Of a DNA stretch of 64,000 bases, positions 12,600 to 22,574 are shown piece after piece. Both the position numbers and the translations under genes were made by a program. Within the stretch, counting starts at the first letter, position 1; every line of letters starts with the position of its first letter. The stretch comes from Lingula anatina (lineage: Eukaryota > Animalia > Brachiopoda): positions 48,834,788 through 48,898,787 of the forward strand of contig CM120640.1 in assembly GCA_051362555.1 (NCBI GenBank). Reading direction: 5' to 3'. The notes beneath the pieces were generated by a model. That model searched no databases. It saw nothing but the letters and a program-made list of their open reading frames with translations, and was not told where the DNA came from.

Positions 12600-12773
12600 G
12601 GTTGGGGAAGATGGAAGAAGTTAAGTGTGGTTCTGATGGATGTGAAACAGGACAGAAAGGACTGGAAGCTTGTGTACCTATAAAGATTCCAGCAGGTGAC
12701 CCAGACTTTGGTAATAAGAGGTGCCTAAAGTTTGTGCGAACACAGGAGGTGCCAGCCTTGGAGTGTGGCTTTG
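12600..12773 (+). CDS. Heme peroxidase exon
   Basis: CVPIKIPAGDPDFGNKRCLKFVRT motif; phase 1-1. Confidence 0.93.
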
Positions 12774-13195
12774 GTAATTAGGTTTAATTACATGATTCTA
12801 CCGTATGTATTATATGATACATTTCTGGTAACATGAAGATTCAATGGATTATGATTTTATTGTTTCTAGATATTTAAATGTGCACCACCATTTATTGCTT
12901 CATTGGTCTTAAATCCTTGTCATGGATTAGTTCTTCCTTTCAATTTGCCTTTAAGTTAATATTTGGAATGTATAGCTTTATGTATACCATTTGTATAAGA
13001 GCTATATACTACAACTGATATCACAAATTAAACCATTGTTTAAGAAATAATTGTGCCTTCAGTTGTTTCGTAAAATTAAAAAAAACACCAATGATCAATG
13101 TGTGTGTGCATGCATGAGTGTGTGCATGCATGCATTCTTTCATTTATGCATGTGTGGATCATGACTTATTACTTCTCTGTCTTTATATTGTAAAG

Positions 13196-13300
13196 GATTT
13201 AGGGAACAGTTAAACCAGATTACATCTTGGATAGATGCTTCACAGGTCTATGGGAGCAGCAAGGAAGAATCTGATTCTATCAGAGAATTTTCTGATCCAA
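13196..13300 (+). CDS. Heme peroxidase exon (Ca-binding loop)
   Basis: REQLNQITSWIDASQVYGS. Confidence 0.95.
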
Positions 13301-13454
13301 GTAAGACATTTTAAAGACAATTCAAAGCTTATTTATTTGCTTATTATAGAAAATGCAAGGATTAATTTCAACATTTGATTTCATAAAAATGTAACCTGTG
13401 TCCTTCTATTTTGTTTCTTTAGACTTTTGTATCTTTTTGCTTTGTTTTTCATAG

Positions 13455-13574
13455 GACGTGGGCGAATGAAGCTGACCCCTCACCCACATGGAGCCTCTTA
13501 CAAGTGGCTTCTCCCAAAAGATGATGTGGACCTCTGCAGAGATGTGAATTCAACTATTAAATGTTTTATGGCAG
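13455..13574 (+). CDS. Heme peroxidase exon
   Basis: GRMK...LLP...CFMAG; atag|...|gtgaag. Confidence 0.92.
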
Positions 13575-13881
13575 GTGAAGGACACAATTTGCAATTTGTT
13601 TGTCATTTGCAATTTGAAAAAAAAATCATAAAGATTCTTTTAGAGATGACTTTCCAACTGGAAGAAATATGTAAATATTGAAACAGCACAACTATCTCAG
13701 TGTTACTTTCCTTTATTGTACACTTAGATTCAATACTTTTAATCAATATTTAAAAATCTACATGAATTTTCTAAAATTAACTCATTGGAATCAGTTATCC
13801 CATTTATTCCATGCCGATCTGATTTTGTCATGCAAAGAGCAAAATGATGAATGTGAAAGTTATAAATATTTTGCTTTCAAG

Positions 13882-14136
13882 GTGATGAGCGTGTAAATGA
13901 GCAAGCTGCCCTAACTGCCATGCACACCATCTGGGTACGTGAGCACAACCACATAGAGGACATGCTCTTCACCATGAATCCCCACTGGGGAGGAGAGAAG
14001 CTCTTCCAGGAAACCAGGAGGATTATTGGGGCTATGAATCAGCATATCATTTTCAATGAGTTATTACCAGTGATTCTGGGGAAAGATGTTATCAGAAGAG
14101 AAGGCTTGGAGTTGCAAGATACTGGGTATTATGGAG
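13882..14136 (+). CDS. Heme peroxidase exon with distal Arg and heme-linked Glu
   Basis: GDERVNEQAALTAMHTIWVREHN...LFQETRRIIGA..QHI.FNELLPVILG. Confidence 0.96.
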
Positions 14137-14382
14137 GTAGGTATTTTAGACAACTTACTGTGACAGAAAAAATCAGTCTATTGTAAGAATAATATGTGGT
14201 AGATCTGAAAAGAATAACAAAAATATGTAAGGAAGAACATACCTTGTCTATATTGAAATATTGTTTTAAAAAGATATCTGCACAATAAAATAAAAAAAAA
14301 AACTGATATCTTTAAACCAATCATTTCAGAGATTTTCTCAATACATTAAGGATACTCAGTCTTTGTCCAATTATCATTTTAG

Positions 14383-14522
14383 GTTATAATCCTGCAGTAG
14401 ACCCAGGCATACCAAATGCATTTGCCACAGCTGCTTTCCGTTTTGGTCACACTCTGATCCAGGACATCCTCCCAAGGGCCAACAGGGACCACTCCATCAC
14501 AGACAGGATCATGCTGAGTAGT
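14383..14522 (+). CDS. Heme peroxidase exon with proximal His
   Basis: YNPAVDPGIPNAFATAAFRFGHTLI. Confidence 0.96.
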
Positions 14523-15163
14523 GTAAGTGATCACCAAAGACTGTTCCAGCAGCTTCACTGATGTAAGGGACATGACTGCCCTCCTTTCACTTTCCTAGAA
14601 CAATTTTGCATGCATGTAGTCATGCCTAACAGAAAGAGTAAAAATACTTCTAACCCTGAGTTCTCCTGTCCACGTTGAGTTGAAAAATCATGCAGCCACT
14701 TGTAGGAAGTGGTCACTGATGACATGCTGACTATAATATTGAACTACACATTGTCAACTCTTAACCTATATGTGGAAAACTGTTTGTCATTTGTAATCAT
14801 AAATGAAAAAGTAATCCTTGATTTTACTTATATTTATATCTATTTTTAAATAAGAGTCAAGTTTGACTTTAAGGAATGGGGTAAATTGGTTTTGCAAGGG
14901 TCGCAATTGTTTATGCAAGTAATGGGGCACTTCTTCTTCATAAAAAAAGTTGATTTTCTTTTAAAACATACGAAGTATTTGAAATTTATATGTATTCTTA
15001 TCTAGACACAAATTTTGATTATCCATGCATGTTAAGGGCATAATTATAACCTGTTTGCCTTAGGGTTTTTTGATTCTAGGTCATTGGCAATTAAATTTGT
15101 TCAGCTTAATAAAAGGATATTCAAATCTAGAAATATCTAAACATGTGCTTAATATTTTATTAG

Positions 15164-15374
15164 GCTTTCAGGCGTCCCGTTCATATCTATGATAGCTACC
15201 GTGGTGGTGTTGATTCCATTATTACTGGGATGTGTGACATGCCAGCACAGACTTATGACAGATTCTTCACTAAACAAGTCACCAGACATCTTTTTGCTGA
15301 GACACCACCTTTTGGACTGGGCATGGATCTAACAGCCTTAAATATACAGAGAGGCAGAGATCATGGGATACCAG
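15164..15374 (+). CDS. Heme peroxidase exon
   Basis: HLF...GMDLTALNIQRGRDHGIPG. Confidence 0.96.
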
Positions 15375-15389
15375 GTATTCATTCATCCC

Positions 15390-15425
<36 letters not shown>

Positions 15426-15577
15426 AATGTTATCTGGAGTTGAGTAATCTACGTTAAGAGGAGGATTTGCATTCACTGGTATCTTGTGATTATTTTAAAA
15501 CTGAGTGATGACATGTGACAGTTACATTGTACCAATTAAATATACTAACACAGTGTACTGGAATGATGTCATTCTAG

Positions 15578-15689
15578 GTTACAATTTCTACAGAAAGTTC
15601 TGCGGTCTCAGATATGCTCATAGCTTTGAAGACTTTACCTCAGATTTTGCTGATGCCAGCGTGATTCAAGAATTAAAGAAACTGTATAA
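15578..15689 (+). CDS. Heme peroxidase exon
   Basis: YNFYRKFCGL...SFEDF...LKKLY; phase 1-2. Confidence 0.94.
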
Positions 15690-16094
15690 GTAAGTACCCT
15701 AAATTCATTTGTTAATACAAATCTGCAGTTTAGACATATGTCATCTTTACTGTACAAGTAAACTGATTTAATGATGCTAATTAGCAGTAGGTTAATTTGC
15801 ATTTTATATTTTCATCAGTATGGTATCAGAAACAAATACAGAATGATTATAATGATCAGTGGTTAATCTAATATCTTGCCTTGTACTTTTATATGCACTT
15901 TTTTTCTGAAGGCCTGTGGCCTTCAGATTTAGAATAAGCACAAACTTCATAAAGATCAGCCTACATGTACCTATACACATGTAGTAGCTAAATTAATACA
16001 TAGAAGTACTTTTATGATATATACAATTTAACAGGGACTACTTAAAACCAATCTTCATGAGGAAAATTAATTAAATGGTAAACACTGATTTCAG

Positions 16095-16261
16095 GCACCC
16101 AGATGATGTGGACCTTTTTGTTGGTGGCATCCTGGAGACTTCTGTACCTGGAGGCATCGTTGGTCCAACCTTTGCTTGTATCATTGCTAGAACCTTCAAA
16201 AATGTAAGAGATGGGGATAGGTTTTGGTATGAAAACCCAAATGCAGAAGGATTTACCCCAG
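16095..16261 (+). CDS. Heme peroxidase exon
   Basis: HPDDVDLFVGGILE...VGPTFACII...GDRFWYEN. Confidence 0.96.
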
Positions 16262-16543
16262 GTAACTAAGCATAATATGAAAACTATTGACACATGTTAC
16301 CATTATCATGTCGAAATTAGTTTTTTATTTTTGGTGGAATGGATATTGTCTCTGCCTCTAGAATATTGAAAACAAAAAGGTGTTTTTTATTTTTCATATT
16401 CTGAAAAATGCAGTTATGTACTTTTGTCTTTTGTGATGCTGGTTGTCTTTCATAAAACTCCTTATTGCATCTAGGATCATTTTGGGAATTGTAATATTCA
16501 TTATATAATCCTCTTACTTATTATACAAATCTGCTTTTTTCAG

Positions 16544-16673
16544 CACAGCTTCAGGAGATCAGAAAAATATCTCTTGCTAGGGTGGTTTGTGATAATTTGG
16601 ACAACATTGACACCATCCAGCCCTTCATCTTACTTCAGCCCTTCAAGGCTGCTTTTGAAAACTTTGATGTTGA
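16544..16673 (+). CDS. Heme peroxidase exon
   Basis: QLQEIRKISLARVVCDN...IQP; phase 1-2, donor gtaagt. Confidence 0.94.
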
Positions 16674-16723
16674 GTAAGTAAAATATCTCATATGCAGCCA
16701 TATGGCCTTCCGAGTATTTTGCA

Positions 16724-16856
16724 TAGGGATGAGATTTTTCCAACTCTCGGCAGATTTCTGATTATTTGGGCTGGTATTGGTGCTTGCAACAGTAAAAAGA
16801 TTTTCCGACTATCGGCAGATTTCCGAATTTATGGGAGTCAAAAAATCTCATCCCTG
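16724..16856. mobile_element. hAT-like MITE in an intron
   Basis: TIRs tagggatgagattttt / aaaaatctcatccctg; internal repeat tcggcagatttc twice; no 8-bp TSD visible. Confidence 0.6.
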
Positions 16857-19011
16857 ATATAAGGATACAGCCTTTACATGCCTTTTCCCATTTTCAAAAA
16901 AAAAATCACAAACTGAGATCATTTAAAAGTTTCATAAGATGTGGCTCTGCATGTTTGATATCTGGTTTTGATTATAAGACATGCACCTAGTTTTGATATG
17001 AAGTTTCTGGATGAAAAGATGCTTGTTAGGAAATACTATCATATACATTGCAGCTAGTTCTGACATTTACATGTAAATGTCAGAGAGATATACTCATATG
17101 TAAATTAATTTTCTCTATCCTGTCTTTATTTGAGAAATGTCAAAACATATTGATTTCAATATAGTCCATTGATTTTTAAAAATTGCTGAAATTGCTTTTA
17201 TTTGAAAATGTGCGATTCATTTCATTTTTGGTGTTCATCTATAAAGGCATGCAACATGGTTTAACCTTTATATAGCAAAAAGAATGATTTTTTCTCTTGA
17301 AAATGTAACACCCTTCTCTTAGTCACCAATGAACATACTATATCCAATATCACTAACAAGTATTTGATCTATAGGCCTGTTTTTAAGTTCTAAGTTTCTA
17401 ATTTTTGAGTTTATCTCTTTAATCTCCATTGAGATGGAGGTGGAAAATGGTGAATTATTGTTGTGACAGTTAGAATTTTAAACTCAAAAATGGGTTTATA
17501 TATGTACATGTTTATAGTATTTTTCTCAACATCTTTGGATAAGGTATACTAGTACATTGGAGATTATGGGAAAATTGATGAACATATATTGTATTTTTGA
17601 TTTTTGAGTAATTGTGGTAGTAGAGCTGGAGGTTCTGCAGATTTGCTTAGAATCCCTTCACATTCACACCTATGTCTATGTCCATGTCTAACATGTCAAC
17701 CTCAACAAAGCGTATTCAGTCATCTGAATTTGAAGTTGCCCTTAAAGTTTTTGCTATATTGTCTTTCCATGTAAGACATCACACATAATGGGCGAGTTTC
17801 TTATATTAGTGTTTGTAAAAGGGTTACAGACGTTGCACTTGTTTTAAATTATGGAGAATCCCAATCTAGTGATAACACAGTGCCTAATTTTAAAGAAATG
17901 TTGACTGTCAACTTGTTGCACTACTTCAGATTTCCAGGTTTCCATGTTTTTTTAATACATTTTTTCAAGTTCAAATTCTAAATGGAAAGTGCAGAAGCTT
18001 GTGTGCATTGCTTCGTTTAAACTTCAAAGACATATGTACAAGTATACATTCATCTTGAGGTGTCTAGGACTATTTGTGTTCTTGTATTTACGTGGAAATA
18101 CATGCTGTTGTGTCAACTACAATAATTGGATTCTTCCTGAGCCAAACCTCTTGTGTCAACCTCGCATTTTTTAAAAATTTGGCATCAATGTTTATGCAGA
18201 AACCAAAAACTGCTGGTAAATTAATTATCTTTTTATCTTATTTTTGACATATGCTTGTTGTTATTCATGTTGGAAATGACAATGCATTTTGTGAGTTATT
18301 GACCCTTTTATTACATGGTAGTAAGGAATGATGAGGGTTCTCTGCCTGACAGAACCTCTAGCTCTATTCTGTTTTAATGCTTCACTCATATACCAAAAGC
18401 ATTTGTTTTGGTCAGTTAAGTACTTGCTTTATCCATTAACAAATTTTAATTATACCTTTGGTGTTAACTTGTCAATCTGCCCTTTTTTGTTAACTGTTTT
18501 ACTGGTCTACAATACTTTTCATTGGTAATTATACTGGAGTCCCAAATTTGATTGCTGCTAACAGCGGAATTATATTGAAATTATGTTTAAAATTTATGTT
18601 TTATTATCACATATAAATGATGATTAAAATTTGTCCTTTTGAGATTTTTTTATTTTCATTTAGATTGTAGACATTGCAATCATACTAATGTAAAACAGTT
18701 AACAAAAAAGTCTGACCTTACTGACTTCATATTATTAATCACCAATTATTCCATATTTATCTTTATTTATTATATTTATATGAATAAATATATGCCCCTC
18801 CCAGGCGTCCACTATTTGATGAAGGTGACTTTTACCACAAACCTTATGGAAGAAATTATAATTTCTATAAACCTCGCCAACATTTCCATAAACCGTAAGT
18901 CTAATGCTTTTTCTAACAAGTTGAATATTATATGGTTGCAAGCTTTTGTTGATATTTTTTTCTTATATGTCTTAACTTGTCATATATCTGTATAACTTGT
19001 GATGCACGTGT

Positions 19012-19012
<1 letters not shown>

Positions 19013-19051
<39 letters not shown>
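19013..19051. repeat. (CA)n microsatellite
   Basis: Directly visible. Confidence 0.95.
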
Positions 19052-19057
<6 letters not shown>

Positions 19058-19460
19058 TTTTATACTAAACAGATTTCTATATATACAGAGTACTGCTGTA
19101 ATTATTGTAGTGAATGTTCACATTTAGCCACATCCCATTAAAGCACAAGCTTTCATATTGAAATGAAAAATTCACAGAGAGCATTTGTTACAGTATCAGT
19201 TCGAATTAAGCTTTCTGCACATACAGAAAAGATTTTGTTTTGGCAAGGAAGTTGTTATTACACAAAAGATTCTTGCTATGTACTAAACCATACATTAAAT
19301 TTGGATAATGAGGTAAATGTGAAGGTGATGCACATCTTTTTTTTCTCTCTAAACAATTAGTAACTTTTTTAACACTTCTTAGCTTTTTACTAAAAGAATC
19401 CATTTTGTAGAATCTTGATGATCATAAAAATTGATCTTTGTCTTTCCCTGTGTTCCTCAG

Positions 19461-19588
19461 CGCTGCCTCCAAGGCCGGCATCCCTCAGACATTATTCAGG
19501 AAACTGTACCAGGGGGATTTCAACAAGAGGGTGTCCTGCAATCAGATACCATATGTGGACCTGACTGTGTTCATGGACACATTTTTCA
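19461..19588 (+). CDS. Heme peroxidase C-terminal exon
   Basis: ttcctcag| phase 2; NKRVSCNQIPYVDL matches the terminal N.RV.C..IP..DL motif. It ends either at donor a|gtatgt (19588) with a last mini-exon 19766-19770 (R-stop) or reads on to the stop at 19650. Confidence 0.88.
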
Positions 19589-21555
19589 GTATGTACTTAG
19601 TGTATTTTTGTTTTGTTATGTTTACTTTGTTTCGTAAATTTTTTCTCTAAGTGTACTTTTAGGTATTGCTTATTGATTTCACCTTTTACAATATATTTAA
19701 TTTATCAAAATGTTCAACTCTTTTCAAATTCCCCAAAGTGTTAATTTTGATGTGATACCTTCAAGGATGAACCCAGGTTTCACCATGCAGCTGGTTGTTC
19801 AAATGCTAAAAGATTACTCTCACACGTTCTCTGATTGATAACTTCATCTGCTGATTCCAAACATAGAAATCAAAATGAATTTGATTTATCAGAAAGAGAA
19901 TATACATGGAAATCTTAGATCAAAATGAAAGTCTTTGTAGCAGTATGCAGGAAAATGATAAATATTTTTGAAAGTGAGATACTCTGCTTTCAGCATGATA
20001 ATAGATACCATGTACTGGCAACAGAATATTGATCCATTGTAAATATCTACTTATGACAGTTGAGCAACAATTATTTGGTCTTTTCTAAGTACATTATAAA
20101 GGGTCCAAGAGTCTAATCAAACCTTTTTTAAGTTGTGTGTGAATCGTGAAATACAAGGTAGTATCACTGGTGGAAATAAATGAATATTCGCTCTTATGGC
20201 TTAAGGTTGCAGACAAGGTTAGACAAAAACTCCTAAATTACTGTGACAGTCTAAATGCCTTGCCATCACACAAATTTCATTTTACCAATGATTCGGTTAT
20301 AATTGGTGTATAAATCACAAAATCAGTTTCTCAAATTTCTCTTTTAACTGAGCATCCACAAAGTTCAACACCATTCCAATGCCAGTTTAATAACATCATT
20401 GAGTACATCAAAACTCCACCAGCAATTTTTCTTAAAAGCTATAGTTCAGATGTTATCGTTAAAAAGGTGAAAATGCCTTTGTTCAATGAATCATTGTTAT
20501 TAGGGGCTCATAACTCCTAGACAGAAACATTTAAACCAAAATGACTGCACAGGAATGAAGCCCAGACACTTGTCGTCATCTGTCCCAATTTTATGCCTCA
20601 CACAGATTGCTATCTCACCTCAAAATTAAATTGATGATAAAAGCTCCAAGGTACTTATATTATAATTATGCTTATGCTTAGCATTGAGAAATATTAACAC
20701 TGATATTTAATATTTTCAAGGGAATTTTTATGGTTTTTAATTAGCAAAATGGTAGATGCATTATTGAATAATTAGATGCATGAAAAACATCATTTTTAGT
20801 ATTTTGATGATCATAAACCCTGTCAGTAACATTAATGAAGCAGTAATGATTGAGTTCATCCAAAGGACACCTTTGTAAGTGTAGCAGTGAAGTGTGAACA
20901 TTTCATTTTCTTACAGAAAATGGTACATTGTCAGAATACACTGTTGAGCCTATGGTTCATTTGACCAAATTTATGTAGATGTGGTATACATATGTTTAAT
21001 ATGTTAGTTAATTTTTCATCGATTATGTCAAGAGAATACCGGTATATGAAGATTTCTCTCCGTTCCTTCCTGGTATTCAACTTACTGGAGTACCAGAAAC
21101 AAATGTATACAACATAACAAAAGTGCCTTGTGTACTTTCATTTAATGTTGTTCATGCTTGTACATCCAGTTGTTTTGGCTTGAGTCCAGTTTTCTTAGAA
21201 TTCATTAGTACACATTCATTTACATTGTTTGCCAAGATTATTCCCGTTGAGAATGCCATAATTGTATTCCAGGTTCAAGGTTTGGATGGTGGCCTTCACC
21301 TCAGATGTGTTATTTTATTTCTCTATCCTCTTTCTGTGTGTAATCAACATGGTTCTCATGTGATGATGTACCTATAGTTTTGTAAAAATTGATTTTCTAG
21401 CCAGTTTCATCCCATGTATCAAATATTGTTTCTAGGTCATATCCATGATTTATTAAAGTGTCAAGTCAATTATATGGTAAAATGATATTGATTGCTTTTA
21501 AATGAGGTTGGGAACAGAGTGCTCAACAGTCCGGAGCGTTTGTACACAATTAAAA

Positions 21556-21590
<35 letters not shown>

Positions 21591-21606
21591 ACAAAAGACA
21601 TGCAAT

Positions 21607-21657
21607 AACCACAACTCCGAGTTCAATCAATCATTGTTATCCGATCGTCAGGAGGTT
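21607..21657 (-). ncRNA. Degenerate hammerhead ribozyme copy
   Basis: Minus strand reads aacctc CTGACGA tcggataacaatgattgatt GAA ctcggag TT gtggtt; one core A is missing and stem II differs. Confidence 0.55.
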
Positions 21658-21728
21658 TATTTGAAAACGGTTTTATTAGCCGTTTTACGTACACGGAGTG
21701 ACGACACTTACGTTGCACGCCGTGTTAG

Positions 21729-22144
21729 TTACGTCACCTGATTGCATAGATGCTGATTTCTTCTTTGCGGCGCTGATTTCTTTATGATGTCCCATCTAAT
21801 GTCATACTGGGTTTTATTTTCTGTTAATTTCCAAATGTATTTGGATAACTCAGTATCTGCAGCATATTTCTTGTCTCTAAATGACTTGGTGTGATTATTG
21901 TATCTCAACTTAAATTGCCCACCACAAAGACCTATATATTTCATGCATTTGTCCTTAGTAGTAACTGATGCTTGGTACACAATGTTGCTAGACAAACATT
22001 CCCCTCTCAAAGTACACTTACTTGGAGCTCTACAATTACATTTCTTATCTTGATTGTTAACTGACATGTTTTTGAGAAATTTTTTATTGTGACCGTGAAT
22101 GATTTGCTGCATGTTTTTCATACAACAGTAACTAACTTTTACAA
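21729..22144 (-). pseudogene. Penelope-like GIY-YIG endonuclease fragment
   Basis: VKVSYCCMKN...CNCR..KC.L.GECL..NIVYQA.V...YIGL...FKLRYNNHTKSF...TELSKYIWKL...IRWDII; no RT domain. The true C-terminus (CNLCLDEK...LNKRTEI..MCRHK*) survives only on the inverted copy at +22200..22328. Confidence 0.9.
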
Positions 22145-22399
22145 ACATTTCCCTCGCAGAAGCAAGCTTTACCAATAATTCAACAGATCGACTGTAAAAG
22201 CGCCGCAAAGAAGAAATCAGCATCTATGCAATCTTTGCCTGGACGAAAAACTGTTAATAATGATAACACCAGATACTCTAAATAAAAGAACTGAAATAAT
22301 TACCATGTGTCGGCATAAGGTGATATAACTAACACGGCGTGCGATGTAAGCGTCGTCACGCCGTGTACGTAAAACGGCTAATAAAACCATTTTCAAATA

Positions 22400-22458
22400 A
22401 ACTTCCTGACGATCTGGAATACCTTCTGGGTATGCCCGTGAAACTCGGAGTCGGGGTT
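22400..22458 (+). ncRNA. Type I hammerhead ribozyme motif (Penelope-associated)
   Basis: Stem I aacttc/ggggtt; core CTGACGA (22406-22412); stem II including atacc/ggtat; GAAA (22440-22443); near-palindromic stem III actcggagt; GTC site, predicted cleavage after 22452. Confidence 0.8.
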
Positions 22459-22512
22459 ATTGCATGTCTTTTGTTTATTTATTTATTTATTTATTTATTT
22501 ATTTTAATTGTG

Positions 22513-22516
<4 letters not shown>

Positions 22517-22571
<55 letters not shown>
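22517..22571. repeat. (TA)n microsatellite
   Basis: Directly visible, adjoining the Penelope-like element end. Confidence 0.95.

Positions 22572-22574
<3 letters not shown>

Larger units (their letters stand above)
21543..22514. mobile_element. Truncated Penelope-like retroelement with inverted terminal (pLTR-like) repeats
   Basis: 21543-21774 is an inverted copy of 22199-22514, both ending outward in (TTTA)n; encloses a GIY-YIG fragment; followed by (TA)n. Confidence 0.9.

Noticed and set aside
17371-17500. Degenerate inverted repeat in a peroxidase intron
   Set aside because: Too many mismatches in AT-rich sequence to support a call.
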